Origin: an uncultured Candidatus Rokubacteria bacterium
Lineage (GTDB): Bacteria; Methylomirabilota; Methylomirabilia; Rokubacteriales; CSP1-6
Reading direction: 5' to 3'
DNA length: 64,000 nucleotides
NCBI GenBank assembly: GCA_963754315.1
Contig: CAVWFS010000001.1
Location: 320,001 to 384,000, forward strand
Under the pieces are notes generated by a model, which saw only the letters and a list, made by a program, of their open reading frames with translations, did not search any database and had not been told where the DNA came from. Positions 19,260 to 30,854 of this stretch are shown here, in pieces. Position numbers and translations under genes: made by a program. The stretch's first letter is position 1, and each line of letters starts with the position of its first letter.

Positions 19260-22076
19260 ATGGCAAGCGACCGGATCATCGTCCGCGGCGCCCGCGAGCA
19301 CAACCTCAAGAACATCGATCTGGAAATCCCCCGCGATCAACTCGTCGTCATCACCGGGTTGTCGGGGTCCGGAAAGTCGTCGCTGGCCTTCGACACCATC
19401 TATGCGGAGGGCCAGCGTCGCTACGTGGAATCGCTGTCGGCCTATGCGCGGCAGTTTCTCGAGCAGATGGAGAAGCCGGAGGTCGATTCCATCGAGGGTC
19501 TGTCGCCGGCCATCTCCATCGAACAGAAGACCACCTCGAAGAATCCGCGCTCCACGGTGGGCACCGTCACCGAGATCTACGACTACCTGCGGGTGCTCTT
19601 CACGCGCATTGGGGTCCCGCACTGTCCCACCTGCGGGCGGATGATTTCGGCGCAGACCGTCCAGCAGATGGTCGACCGCGTGCTGGCCCAGCCGTCGGGG
19701 ACACGGCTCCTCGTGCTCGCTCCCGTCGTACGAGGTCGCAAGGGTGAGTACAAGAAGCTGTTCTTCGACCTGGCCCGGCAGGGCTTCACGCGCGTGCGTG
19801 TCAACGGTACTGGGCACGAGCTGCCAGCCGAGATCGAGCTGGACCGGAATCGCAAGCACACCATCGAGGTGGTGGTCGATCGGCTCGTCGTTCGTGACAC
19901 TCTGGGAGCGCGTCTGGCCGATTCGCTGGAGACGGCTCTGCGCCTGGCCGAGGGCGTGGCCCTGGTGGAGCCGGTGGGCGAGGGCGCCCCCATGCTCTTC
20001 TCCGAGCGACTCGCCTGCGCGAGCTGCGGCATCTCGTTCCCCGAGGTTGCCCCGCGCATGTTTTCCTTCAACAGCCCCTACGGCGCCTGCCCGGAGTGCA
20101 GCGGCATCGGCACACGCTTCGAGATCGACCCAGACCTTCTCGTCCCCAATCCCGACCGTTCCCTCAAGGCGGGTGCCTTGGCCGCCTGGCACGGGCGAGA
20201 GACCCCCTACTTCCGGCGGACGCTCGAGGTGTTGGCCAAGCGCCATGGGTTCTCGCTGGACACGCCGTGGGCGAAGCTGAAGAAGTCGGTGCGGGACGTG
20301 GTCCTGCGGGGAGAGCGGACGGGCGGATTCGAAGGCGTGGTGGCGGTGCTGGAGCGGCGCTACCGCGACAGCCAGTCGGAGGAAACGCGGCGCGAGATCG
20401 AGCACTTCATGGCTGAACGAGCGTGCCCGGCCTGCAAGGGCTCGCGGCTGCGTCCGGAATCGTTGGGATTGAAGATCGCGGGGCGCTCGATTGCCGAGGT
20501 AGTCCGCCTGAGTATCCGCGAGGCCAGCCGCTTCTTCGATGAACTGGTGCTGTCGGAACGGGATGCCACCATCGGGCGCCGCGTTCTCAAGGAGATCCGC
20601 GAGCGCCTGGGGTTTCTGGTCAACGTCGGGCTCGACTACCTTACGCTCGATCGGCCAGCGGGCAGCCTCTCAGGCGGCGAGGGGCAGCGGATCCGTCTGG
20701 CCACCCAGATCGGCTCCAGCCTGGTCGGCGTCCTCTACATCCTCGACGAACCTTCCATCGGGCTCCATCAGCGGGACAATCGCCGCCTTCTGGACACGCT
20801 CCGTCGCCTGCGCGATCTCGGCAACACCGTGCTGGTCGTCGAGCACGACGAGGAGACGATTCGTGCCGCCGACTTCGTGGTTGACCTTGGTCCGGGGGCT
20901 GGCGAGCTGGGCGGGCATGTGGTAGCAACCGGGACACCAGACGAGATCGCCGCCAACCCGGCCTCCCTGACGGGTCGCTATCTCTCGGGTACTCTCATGA
21001 TCCCCCGCCCCGCGGGCCGCCGGCCCGGGAGCGGCCAGTTCATCACCATCCACAATCCTCGCGAGCACAACCTTACGGGGATGAACGTTCGGATCCCGCT
21101 CGGAACGTTCACCTGTGTCACCGGTGTTTCTGGCTCGGGCAAGTCCACTCTTGTCAACGACATCCTCTACCGGGCCCTCGCGCAGATGCTGCACCGGGCC
21201 CAGGAGCGTCCGGGCGCCCACGATCGAGTGGAAGGCGCCCAGCACCTCGACAAGGTGGTGGACATCGACCAGTCGCCTATCGGCCGCACGCCTCGCTCCA
21301 ATCCGGCGACCTATACCGGGGTCTTCACCTTCATCCGGACCTTGTTTGCCCGCACACCAGACGCGCGGATGCGCGGCTACCAACCTGGGCGCTTCTCCTT
21401 CAACGTCAAGGGAGGACGCTGCGAGGCCTGTCAGGGCGATGGTCTGGTCAAGATCGAGATGCACTTCCTGCCCGACGTCTACGTGACGTGCGAGGTGTGC
21501 AAAGGCCGGCGGTACAACCGCGAGACCCTCGAGATCCGCTACAAGGCGATGAGCATCGCCGACGTGCTGGACATGACGGTGCGGGAAGCGCTCGGGTTCT
21601 TCGAGGCGGTTCCCGTCATCCGTGACAAGCTCAGAACCCTCGACGAGGTCGGGCTCGACTACATCCGCCTCGGACAGTCGGCCACGACCCTGTCCGGAGG
21701 CGAGGCGCAACGAGTGAAGCTCGCCACCGAGCTGTCACGCCGAGCGACCGGACGGACATTCTACATCCTCGACGAGCCCACCACAGGGCTTCACTTCGCG
21801 GATATCCAGAAACTGCTCGAGGTCCTGAACCGGCTCGTCGATCAGGGCAACACTGTCCTGATCATCGAGCACAACCTGGATGTCATCAAGACGGGGGACT
21901 GGGTGATCGATCTCGGCCCCGAGGGGGGCGACGCGGGCGGCCGGGTGATGGCGGTGGGGACGCCCGAGGACATCGCGGCTCAGGCGGAGACCTCGTACAC
22001 CGGTCAGTTTCTGCGCGGCGTGGTGGGGCCGGACAACGGCACCACTGCGGGCACTGCGCGTCGGCGCCGGTCCTGA
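19260..22076 (+). CDS. uvrA: Excinuclease ABC subunit A
   Basis: [23 protein letters not shown], two ABC ATPase modules and zinc fingers; 938 aa. Confidence 0.98.
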   Translation: MASDRIIVRGAREHNLKNIDLEIPRDQLVVITGLSGSGKSSLAFDTIYAEGQRRYVESLSAYARQFLEQMEKPEVDSIEGLSPAISIEQKTTSKNPRSTVGTVTEIYDYLRVLFTRIGVPHCPTCGRMISAQTVQQMVDRVLAQPSGTRLLVLAPVVRGRKGEYKKLFFDLARQGFTRVRVNGTGHELPAEIELDRNRKHTIEVVVDRLVVRDTLGARLADSLETALRLAEGVALVEPVGEGAPMLFSERLACASCGISFPEVAPRMFSFNSPYGACPECSGIGTRFEIDPDLLVPNPDRSLKAGALAAWHGRETPYFRRTLEVLAKRHGFSLDTPWAKLKKSVRDVVLRGERTGGFEGVVAVLERRYRDSQSEETRREIEHFMAERACPACKGSRLRPESLGLKIAGRSIAEVVRLSIREASRFFDELVLSERDATIGRRVLKEIRERLGFLVNVGLDYLTLDRPAGSLSGGEGQRIRLATQIGSSLVGVLYILDEPSIGLHQRDNRRLLDTLRRLRDLGNTVLVVEHDEETIRAADFVVDLGPGAGELGGHVVATGTPDEIAANPASLTGRYLSGTLMIPRPAGRRPGSGQFITIHNPREHNLTGMNVRIPLGTFTCVTGVSGSGKSTLVNDILYRALAQMLHRAQERPGAHDRVEGAQHLDKVVDIDQSPIGRTPRSNPATYTGVFTFIRTLFARTPDARMRGYQPGRFSFNVKGGRCEACQGDGLVKIEMHFLPDVYVTCEVCKGRRYNRETLEIRYKAMSIADVLDMTVREALGFFEAVPVIRDKLRTLDEVGLDYIRLGQSATTLSGGEAQRVKLATELSRRATGRTFYILDEPTTGLHFADIQKLLEVLNRLVDQGNTVLIIEHNLDVIKTGDWVIDLGPEGGDAGGRVMAVGTPEDIAAQAETSYTGQFLRGVVGPDNGTTAGTARRRRS

Positions 22077-22085
22077 CGAGCGGGC

Positions 22086-23519
22086 ATGCGCCGAACACGG
22101 ACCAAGATCGTCTGCACCATCGGCCCCGCCAGCTCGAGCGTCGAGCAACTCGATCGGCTGGCCGCGGCCGGGATGGATGTGGCCCGGCTGAACTTCTCTC
22201 ACGGGACCCATATCGAGCACGCTGAGGTCATCCGTCGACTCCGCGACGGGGAAAGGCGATGGGGCCGTCCGATCACCGTCCTGCAGGACCTCCAGGGACC
22301 GAAGATTCGCCTGGGAACGTTCGGCGCCCGCGGTGGCCGCCGGATCGATCTCGAGCCGGGAGCGACCTTCACGCTCACTGCTGAGCCAGCGGTGGGCACC
22401 AGCGAGCGCGCCTCCATCGTCCCTCCGGAGTGCCTGCAGGAGGTCCGGCCCGGTGATCAGATCCTCATGGACGACGGGCTTATCCAGCTCGTCGTGGAGG
22501 AGGTGAACGGGCCCGAGGTCCGTTGCCGTGTTCTGGTGGGCGGGCGCATCAGCGATCACAAAGGCGTGGCGATCCCGCACGTTCCGATGCCGCTCACGTG
22601 CCTCACCGAGAAGGATCGCACCGACCTGCGCTTCGGGATCGCCCACGGCATCGACTTCGTGGCCGTGTCATTCGTGCGCTCGCTTGCGGACATCGTCGAG
22701 GTGCGCGACTTTCTGACCGCGCTGGCCGCGGACGTCCCCATCGTCGCCAAGCTCGAACGCCGGGAAGTGATGGCCAATCTGCCGACCATCCTGCCCAAGG
22801 TCGACGCGGTGATGGTGGCCCGCGGTGACCTCGGGGTCGACGTCCCTTTGGAGGAGGTCCCTCACATCCAGAAGGAGATTATTCGCCAGGCGCGGGCGGC
22901 GCGCGTGCCGGTCATCGTGGCCACCCAGATGCTCGAATCGATGACCACCCATGCCCGGCCCACTCGGGCCGAAGTCTCGGATGTGACGGCCGCCATCTTC
23001 GACGGCGCGGACGCCCTTATGCTCTCGGCGGAGACGGCGAGCGGCATGTTCCCGGCTCAGGCCGTGGAGTACATGGCCCGCATCGCCGAGCGCGCGGAAG
23101 GCGCCGTCAAGTGGCGCGACTCGCCGCGCCTCCCGTCGGAGCCCCCGGGCTTTCCGGAGGCCATCTCCGAGGCCGCCGCCACAGCCGCCCACATGCTGCG
23201 GGCCAGCGCCATCGCGGCCTTCACGGAGTCGGGGTTTTCGGCGCGCCTGATCTCGCAGGAGCGGCCTGATGTGCCGATCATCGCGCTCACGCCGTTCGAG
23301 ATGGTCCAGCGGCGACTGGGGCTGAGCTGGGGTGTCTCCGCGCGGCTGGTCGGGAAGGTCCAGAGCACCGACGAGATGATCGAGGAAGTCGAGTCGGCAT
23401 TGCTCGCCGACGGCACCGTACGCGAAGGGGATGTGGTGGTCATCATCTCCGGATCTCCCATGGGGGTCCGCGGTACGACCAACCTCCTCAGGCTGCACCG
23501 GATAGGTGAGCGGCGGTGA
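22086..23519 (+). CDS. pyk: Pyruvate kinase
   Basis: RTKIVCTIGPA, RLNFSHG, DLQGPKIR, MVARGDLG, ATQMLESM, TRAEVSDV. Confidence 0.97.
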   Translation: MRRTRTKIVCTIGPASSSVEQLDRLAAAGMDVARLNFSHGTHIEHAEVIRRLRDGERRWGRPITVLQDLQGPKIRLGTFGARGGRRIDLEPGATFTLTAEPAVGTSERASIVPPECLQEVRPGDQILMDDGLIQLVVEEVNGPEVRCRVLVGGRISDHKGVAIPHVPMPLTCLTEKDRTDLRFGIAHGIDFVAVSFVRSLADIVEVRDFLTALAADVPIVAKLERREVMANLPTILPKVDAVMVARGDLGVDVPLEEVPHIQKEIIRQARAARVPVIVATQMLESMTTHARPTRAEVSDVTAAIFDGADALMLSAETASGMFPAQAVEYMARIAERAEGAVKWRDSPRLPSEPPGFPEAISEAAATAAHMLRASAIAAFTESGFSARLISQERPDVPIIALTPFEMVQRRLGLSWGVSARLVGKVQSTDEMIEEVESALLADGTVREGDVVVIISGSPMGVRGTTNLLRLHRIGERR

Positions 23520-26500
23520 CGAGCGCCGCGGATGAGCGCCTGCTTCGGCCCGAGGGCGGCGAGGCCACGTCGGCCGAACGCGTCCAGGCCTTGGCCGACG
23601 TCGCCCGGCTCCTCTCGGAAACGCTCGATCCGGAGGTGGTCGGCCGGCGAGCCGCGGACAGCGTCTGCAAGCTTCTCAACGCGACCTCCGCCGTCCTGTA
23701 TCGCCTGGACCCGGAATCCGAACGTCTGTACGAGGTGGCGCGCGGGGATCATGGACTGACCTTCGACTGGACATCGGTTCTCGAGCGGGGAGTGGGCATC
23801 GCGGGGCTCGCGGTCGACCAACGCGCCCCGGTGGCCTCACCCGACATTCTCGCCGACCCCCGGCTCGATTACCCGTCCGCGATGCGCGATCGGGTGAGCG
23901 CGCTTCCCCAACGCTCGCTGATCGGGGTGCCATTGCAGGTCCAGGGTCGTATCCTGGGGGCGCTCGCGGTGGCGGCGCCCACCGGGCGCGTGTACACGGA
24001 GGAGGAGATCCGCCTCGCCCAGAGCTTCGCCGATCAGGCGGCGGTCGCGCTGGAAAACGCGCGCCTCTATGACGACGCGGCTCGCGGCCGGCGCGAGGCG
24101 GAGCGGGTGGCTGACCTGGCCCGGACGATTAACGCCTCACGTGATCTCGGGACCATCTTGCCACGCTGCGTGGGTGCGGCGCGGGATCTGTGCGGAGCTG
24201 ACGTGGCGCTGATCGGTCTGCGCGAACCCGGCGCCGAGGAGGCGGTCCTCGACTATGCCGTCGGCGTCTTGCACGCTCACGGCCGCCCGCGGATCAAGCC
24301 GGGCGAGAGCCTGGGCGGGCTCGTGCATGGCGACCGGGTGCCCCGTGCGAGTCGAGGATTTTGCCACCGACGCTCGAATGAGCCAGGAGTATCGCGAGAT
24401 GACCCGTCAGGAAGAACTCCGGACCGGTCTGCTCGTCCCCATCCCCGGTGAGGAGCGGGTGGAGGGGTTTCTCTTCGTGGCGCGGCGGCTGTCTCGCCCG
24501 TTCACGGAGCGCGACGAGGCCACCTTGGCCCGCGTCGCCGACCATGCGGCCCTGGCCATCCGCAATGCGCGCCTCTACACGGAGACGGCGCGTCTCCTCG
24601 ACGAGAGCCGAGCCCTGCTGGAGGTCGCGCGCATCCTCAACTCCACCCTTGACTCCAAGCAAATGCTCCGCGAGGTGGCCATCACCATCGCCCAGGTCTG
24701 CCGGGTCGATCGCTGCTCCGTCTCGCGCTGGGACGGAGAGGCTGTGCTGCCACTCATGTCTCAGTTCGCCGACGGGCGCAAGCGCCCCGATCTCTGGCAG
24801 GCCTTCGTCAGGCTCTCGCCCACGCGGTTGGTCGATGTCCCCGCGTACGCGCGCGCCGTCGAGGGGCATTGCACGGTGATCATCGACGACACGAGCCGCT
24901 CCGACGATATTCCGCGTCACTGGGTGGACGTCTTCGACTCGCGATCGCACCTGGTGACGCCCCTGATCCGTCAGGGCCAGGTGATCGGTCTGCTGAGCCT
25001 GGATGTCATGGGCCAGCCGCGCCCCTTCCAGCGCTTCCAGATCAAGCTGGCCGAGGCTATCGCCGGCCAGCTGGCCTTGGCCGTGGCCAACAGCCGTCTC
25101 TTCGAGGAAGCACGGGAGCGGTTGCGGGAAACCGAGGTGCTCCTGAGCGTGAGCGCGATTCTCTCTGCGAGTGAAGCGTCCCACGAGATCATGCGACGCG
25201 TGGCGCGGGAAGTGGGGCGCGCGCTCGGCGCCGATACGGTGGGCGTGTACGAGCTCGACCCCCGCGAGGGATCGTTGACACCCATCGCGGGCTATCACGT
25301 GCCGTCAGCGATCCTGGAAGCGTTCGCCTCGCGACGGTTCGTCCTCGAGCACGACTCCGCCTTCTACGAGGCCTGGCAGGCCGGCCGCGCGGCGTGGTCG
25401 TCGAACGTCCGGACCGATCCACACTTTTGCGGCGTGCAAGGTCTTCCCGAGAGTGCGATGTTGTTCGCCCCCACCATGATTCGCGGCAGGGCCACGGGAG
25501 CGATCTTCGCGGCATGGTGGCAGCCCGGACGAGAGTTCCAGCCGTCCGAAGTGCGGCTCATGGAGGGGGTGGCGGCCCAGGTCGGTCTGGCCATGGACAA
25601 TGTGGAGCTGGTGCGCGCCACCCAGATGAAGCTGGAAGAGACCAAGACGCTCTTGTCAGTGAGCCGGGCGGTCTCCTCCACCCTCCAGCTTGGCGCGCTG
25701 CTCCGTCATTTCTTGCGCCAGGTGGCGCGGACGGTGGGCGCCGACACCGTGGGCGCGTGGCTGCTCACCCAGGACGGCCAGTGGCTGGAGCCCGTGGCGG
25801 GCTATCGAGTACCGCCGGCCTATCGGGAGGCCTACCGTCGCCTTCGCTTGCCGGTATCCAGCAATGAGCTGTATGCCGAGGCGGTGCGCACGAAGCGTCC
25901 TGTCGTCGAGCGTGACCTGGGTGAGCGGCGTACGGTCGACCCGCTCATGGCGCCCTTCTCCTACCGGAGCTATCTCTTCGTCCCCATCGTGGCCAAGGAG
26001 CGGGTGGTCGGGGGCTTTGCCGCCGTGTGGTGGAGCCAGGCCCGGGATTTCAGCGAGAGCGAGCTGGCCCTCATCGAGGCCATCGCCAGCCAGGCGGGTA
26101 TCGCTATCGAGAATGCGCGGCTCTTCGAGGAGAATCGACGGCAGGTCGAGGAGCTCACCGTGTTGCACGCGCTGTCGCGCGCCTTGACCGGACAGCTCGA
26201 TCGCGCCGCGGTGCTCGACGTGATCCTCTCGCAGGTGCCCCGGGTCTTCGCCGTGCCCAGCATCGTGGTGCTTTTCCCGTCGGACAGTGGTGAGGTCGAG
26301 GTCGTGGCACGGCGGCGTGACGGGGCGAATCTCGGTGCGCTTCCCGAACCGTGTCCGGAGGGACCGGCGGGGGGGCTGAAGCGGCTCGTCTTCGATGAGG
26401 GACGCGCCATCCGCACCGACGACTATGTCGGGGAGTGTGCGCGCCGGGGCGTGCAGCCGGTGGAGGATGTCGTGCGCTTCCCGCACTGGATGGGGGTGCC

Positions 26501-27837
26501 CTTGCGCGCCGGCGACACGATCCTCGGCGTGATCGGCATCGGGAGCGCCGATCGGTCCTTTACGCGAGGCCGACGAGCGCCTCCTCACCAACATCACCGA
26601 TCTCGCCGCCCTCGCCCTGCGCAGCGTGCGGCTCTTCACGGAGCGCACGCGCGCCTACGGCGAGCTGGCGGCCGCGCAAGACCAGCTTGTCCGCACGGAA
26701 AAGCTGCGCGCGCTCGGCGAGATGGCCTCCGGCGTCGCCCACGATTTCAACAACCTGTTGGCGGCCATCCTCGGCCGAGCCCAGCTGATGCAGCGCGAAG
26801 TCACCGACCCCCGGCATCGTCGATGGCTCGAGGTCATCGAGCGATCCGCGATCGACGGGGGGCACACGGTCCGACGCCTCCAGGAATTCACGCGCATCCG
26901 CCGAGACCAGCCGTTGGTGGCGGTCGACGTGAATCGGATCGCCCGCGAAGCACTCGAGATGACCCAGTCGCGCTGGCGGGACGACATGCGTGGGCGCGGC
27001 GTGATCATCGAGATTCGCACCGCGCTCGGCCTGGTGCCGGAGATCGCCGGCGACCCGGTGGAGCTGCGGGAGGTCTTGACCAATCTCATCCTGAACGCGG
27101 TGGACGCCATGCCGAAGGGCGGTCTCCTGAGCGTGACATCGGCGACGGTCGGCAAGGAAGTGCACCTCACCGTGACCGACTCCGGAGTCGGGATGTCAGC
27201 CGCCGTTCGACGGCGGATTTTCGATCCGTTCTTCACGACCAAGGGGCCGCAAGGAACCGGGCTCGGTCTCGCCATGACGTACGGCATCATCGCGCGGCAC
27301 GGCGGGCGCATCGAGGTGGAGAGCGAAGAGGGACATGGGTCGACGTTCCGGCTCATCTTTCCGGGAACGCGCGCCCTCGCCATCCCGCCCGAGCCGCAGG
27401 GGGAACCGCTGGTGGCTCCGGCCGCGCTCGCCTGTCTCGTCGTGGACGACGAGGTGTCGGTGGGGACCCTGCTCGGCGACGTGTTCGAGTCGGGCGGTCA
27501 CCGGGCGGTTGTCTGCCTGGACGGGGCCGACGCCATTGCGCGCTTCCGGGCCGAACGCTTCGACGTGGTCTTCACCGATCTGGCCATGCCCGGCGTGTCG
27601 GGTTGGCAGGTGGCGCGCGCCGTGAAGGCCATCGCGCCGGATGTTCCCGTGTTCATCGTGACCGGCTTCGGTGTCGAGCTATCACCCGAGGAGTGCCGGG
27701 CCAACGGTGTCGACGCCGTGCTCACCAAGCCGCTGAGCATCCAGGAGCTGCTAGACACGGTAGCCCGCGTGGCCCGCGCGGTGGCCGCCCGTCACCCATC
27801 GAGCGAACGGAGGATGCCGTGGCCTACCAGCACCTGA
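23516..27837 (+). CDS. Hybrid sensor histidine kinase: 6 GAF domains + HisKA/HATPase + receiver; frameshifts near 24330 and 26565
   Basis: Six GAF repeats ending ENARLY, RNARLY, ANSRLF, DNVELV, ENARLF, RSVRLF; GVAHDFNNLL, NLILNAVDAM, FDPFFTTK, GTGLGL; VVDDE...TDLAMP...KP. Confidence 0.85.
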
Positions 27838-28607
27838 TCCTTGAGCGGGCAGACGGAGTCGCCACCATCACCCTGAACCGGCCGGACGCGTTCAACGCGC
27901 TGGACCTCGCGCTGGGGCGCGATCTCTTCCATGCCTCCCTGGAGGTCGATGAGGATCCCGCGGTTCGTTGCGTGGTCATCACGGGGGCGGGCAAGGCCTT
28001 CTGCGCGGGCGGCGACGTGAAGGGGTTCGCCGATAACCTGCCGCGCATCGGCGTGCTGATCAAGGAACTGACGACATACCTGCACGGTGCGGTATCGCGG
28101 CTGTGTCGGAGTGACAAACCCGTGATCATGGCCGTGAACGGCGTGGCCGCCGGGGGTGGGCTCAGCTTTGCGCTGAGCGGAGACATCGTGGTCGCCGCCG
28201 AGTCGGCCCGCTTCACCCTGGCGTACTCCAAGATCGCGGCCACGCCCGACGGCTCCTCCTCCTACTTCCTGCCGCGGCTGATCGGGCTGCGCCGGGCCAT
28301 GGAGCTCTACTTCACCAATCGCGTTTTGTCCGCGCGCGAGGCCCTGGAGTGGGGACTGGTCACCCGAACGGTTCCCGACGGCGAGTTCAAAGCCTCGGTC
28401 GACGCCTTGGCGCGGGAGCTGGCTCAGGGGCCCACGAAGGCGTTCGGGGCGGCCAAGCGGCTCTTCCATCAGTCGACCTGGGAGAGTCTCGAAACTCAGA
28501 TGGAGCTCGAGGCCCAGGCTATCGCCGCCAGCGGCCACACGCAGGATTTTGCCGCCGGAGTGACCGCCTTCGCCAACAAGCGGACTCCGGTCTTCGAAGG
28601 ACGCTGA
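27819..28607 (+). CDS. Enoyl-CoA hydratase/isomerase (PaaG-like)
   Basis: ITLNRPD, KAFCAGGD, AVNGVAAGGG, PDGSSSYFLPRLIG; its fusion to the kinase in the ORF track results from a frameshift. Confidence 0.9.
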   Translation: MAYQHLILERADGVATITLNRPDAFNALDLALGRDLFHASLEVDEDPAVRCVVITGAGKAFCAGGDVKGFADNLPRIGVLIKELTTYLHGAVSRLCRSDKPVIMAVNGVAAGGGLSFALSGDIVVAAESARFTLAYSKIAATPDGSSSYFLPRLIGLRRAMELYFTNRVLSAREALEWGLVTRTVPDGEFKASVDALARELAQGPTKAFGAAKRLFHQSTWESLETQMELEAQAIAASGHTQDFAAGVTAFANKRTPVFEGR

Positions 28608-29074
28608 TGTCGATGGCGGCTCCGGCCGCGCTGACCTCCCGTCTCGATACCATCCTCTTGGCCGCCGAGGATCTCCTGCGCTCGGTCCCCGACGACCGCA
28701 TCGACGAAACCTCGACCGAGCCTGGACCGAGGCTTGGCGAGCTCGGCTTTCGCATCTTTCGCCTAGGCCTTGCCTTCATCGACGCCGTGGACGCCGGACA
28801 GTTGCACGAGGCATCGCTCCGGGAGCGCTTGCCAGACGGTATGGGCGAGACTCGGACAGTGGCGAACTACGGCGCGCTGGTCCGTGCCCGCGTGACGGGC
28901 TGGGTCGAGGGGGCGGAGGCGGCTGCGTTTGCGCGGACCATCGACACTCCGGACGGACCTCAGTCAGCGCACGAACTGCTTCAGCGCATTACCGAGCAGG
29001 CTGTCCAGCATCTGCACGATCTGCGCGCGCTCGCCGAGCGCGACCAGCGAGCGGGAGGCCTGGCCGGGCCGTAG
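28607..29074 (+). CDS. DinB-like helical protein
   Basis: Helical pattern LGELGFRIF...HELLQRITEQAVQHL; ATG overlaps the upstream stop. Confidence 0.55.
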   Translation: MSMAAPAALTSRLDTILLAAEDLLRSVPDDRIDETSTEPGPRLGELGFRIFRLGLAFIDAVDAGQLHEASLRERLPDGMGETRTVANYGALVRARVTGWVEGAEAAAFARTIDTPDGPQSAHELLQRITEQAVQHLHDLRALAERDQRAGGLAGP

Positions 29075-29153
29075 GGCGGCGAGTTCGACGTAATGCCCGC
29101 GCGGTCGCCGGGTGGCGGGCTGAGCGTTACGCTGGCGTCCGCCCGGCAATTCG

Positions 29154-30098
29154 TCAGTCTTCGTCGGAGAAGGCATCCTGCATGCGATGCGCGAGGTGGC
29201 GGTGTCCCTTGAAGTAGTAGGCCAGCATGGCCGTGGCCGCCAGCAAGTTCCCGGTAAAGATCTCCCAGCCCGCCACTTCGTCGAGCACCGATTTGGCGAG
29301 GATGATCACGGCGCCGAAGAAGCCCACCTCGAAGGCGGTAAACAGGATGACAAGGGGAAAGATGAATACGGGCTGACGCTCGGCGGCCGCAATCAACACC
29401 GCGCCCACCACTCCGAACAGGACGAAGGCGAGCCCATGGACGATCGAATAGTGAAACACGGCCGGCAGGCGCGGGGGTTGTCGCAGGAGGGCGCTGCCAA
29501 GCAATTCCGGCGTGCGGAGCGGGTCACCCTGAATCCAGTCGAGGACCAGGAACCAGAGCGCCACCACGGCGGCTCCGATGAGGCCCGCGACGACGCCCTC
29601 ACGCAGCACCGTCCCCGCCGAACCGACGAGGGTGCTGGGCAGCCCGGGATGTTCGCGAACGAGGTACCAGATCATCGCGGCCGAGGCGAGCAGGTTGCCA
29701 ATGAGGATCGCCCACCACACGAGGGCGCCGAGCATCGACTGGCCCAGGGCGCCCACCACGCCGAGGACGAAGACCTCGAAGCAGGCGAAGAGAATGACGA
29801 AGGCCACGAACACCGCTGGCTCGCCCTCGCTCACGGACATCACGCTGGCGGCGATGACGCCGAAGGCAATGAACGCCAGGCCGTGGATGATGGTGTAGCC
29901 GATGACGGGTCCCAGGGTGATTTCGAGCCCGACGGGATTGTTCACGCCGGAGAAGAGCGCGTTGCCCAGCAAGGCGGGGGTGAACAGCGGTTTGCCACGA
30001 GCAAGGTCGAAGACGAGAAACCACACGGCGACGACCGTGGCTCCGATGAGGCCGGTGACGATGCCTTCCCGGAGCACCGAGCGTCGTGCGGGAACCAT
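29154..30098 (-). CDS. Membrane protein made of two homologous 4-TM halves
   Basis: VLREG..GLIGA.VVA.WFL..D, Y.I.HGLAF, FEV and GNLLA each occur twice. Confidence 0.75.
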   Translation of the reverse strand: MVPARRSVLREGIVTGLIGATVVAVWFLVFDLARGKPLFTPALLGNALFSGVNNPVGLEITLGPVIGYTIIHGLAFIAFGVIAASVMSVSEGEPAVFVAFVILFACFEVFVLGVVGALGQSMLGALVWWAILIGNLLASAAMIWYLVREHPGLPSTLVGSAGTVLREGVVAGLIGAAVVALWFLVLDWIQGDPLRTPELLGSALLRQPPRLPAVFHYSIVHGLAFVLFGVVGAVLIAAAERQPVFIFPLVILFTAFEVGFFGAVIILAKSVLDEVAGWEIFTGNLLAATAMLAYYFKGHRHLAHRMQDAFSDED

Positions 30099-30149
30099 CA
30101 CCTGTCTGTATAGCACGGAGGGATTCGATTCTGTGGGCCTCGTGCGCAG

Positions 30150-30791
30150 CTAGGGGTCGCGGGCGATGCGTACGCCGTAATCGGAGTAGCGGAGCCCCGG
30201 AGGCAGAGACGAGCGATGGGCGACCGGACTCCACGGATCGGCGTGGCGCCAGGCCCCACCGCGGCTGACGCGCCGCGCACCGGTGGCGGGACCGCGTGGA
30301 TTGCGGTAGTCACCCCGCGCATAGGTCTGCTCGTCGAACCAGTCGGCACACCACTCGTGGCAGACCCCCGAAAGGTCCGTGAGTCCGATCGGATTGGCAG
30401 GGGTCGTTCCCACCCGGGGTGGGCGGTCGAAGCGATCGGGCGGACGGGCGTCACCCCACGGATAACGCCGTCCCTCGACACCCCCCCGGGCGGCGTATTC
30501 CCATTCAGCCTCCGTGGGCAAGCGCCCTCCGCACCACATCGCGAAGCGCACCGCCTCGTCCCACGAGAGGCCGACCACCGGCTGCCGAGGATCCGAGTGA
30601 TGGGAATGGCCCCAGAAACGGGGCGGGGAGGCCTGCGTAGCGGCCAGATATTCGGCGAAGTCGGCGTTGGTGGCGGGTGTCTCGGCGATGTGAAAGGCGT
30701 CGACCCAGACGACGTGCACGGGACGTTCGGCGGGATGCCCATCGTCCCAGCCCATGCGGAACTCGCCGCCCGGAACGCGCACGAAGATCAT
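30150..30791 (-). CDS. Formylglycine-generating enzyme (FGE-sulfatase/SUMF1) family protein
   Basis: GGEFRMG, RLPTEAEWEYAARGG, RYPWG, NPIGL.D.SG...EW..DW, RGGAW. Confidence 0.88.
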   Translation of the reverse strand: MIFVRVPGGEFRMGWDDGHPAERPVHVVWVDAFHIAETPATNADFAEYLAATQASPPRFWGHSHHSDPRQPVVGLSWDEAVRFAMWCGGRLPTEAEWEYAARGGVEGRRYPWGDARPPDRFDRPPRVGTTPANPIGLTDLSGVCHEWCADWFDEQTYARGDYRNPRGPATGARRVSRGGAWRHADPWSPVAHRSSLPPGLRYSDYGVRIARDP

Positions 30792-30854
30792 CCCCTCCAG
30801 CCTCCTGGCCGGCCACTCTATAATGGCGGCTGACCGTTCGCAGGAGGGATCATC

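Noticed and set aside
24255..28607. 1450-aa GAF + enoyl-CoA hydratase fusion in the ORF track
   Set aside because: Artefact of a frameshift at ~26565: the kinase continues in another frame, the hydratase has its own RBS and GTG at 27819, and the linker is off-frame sequence
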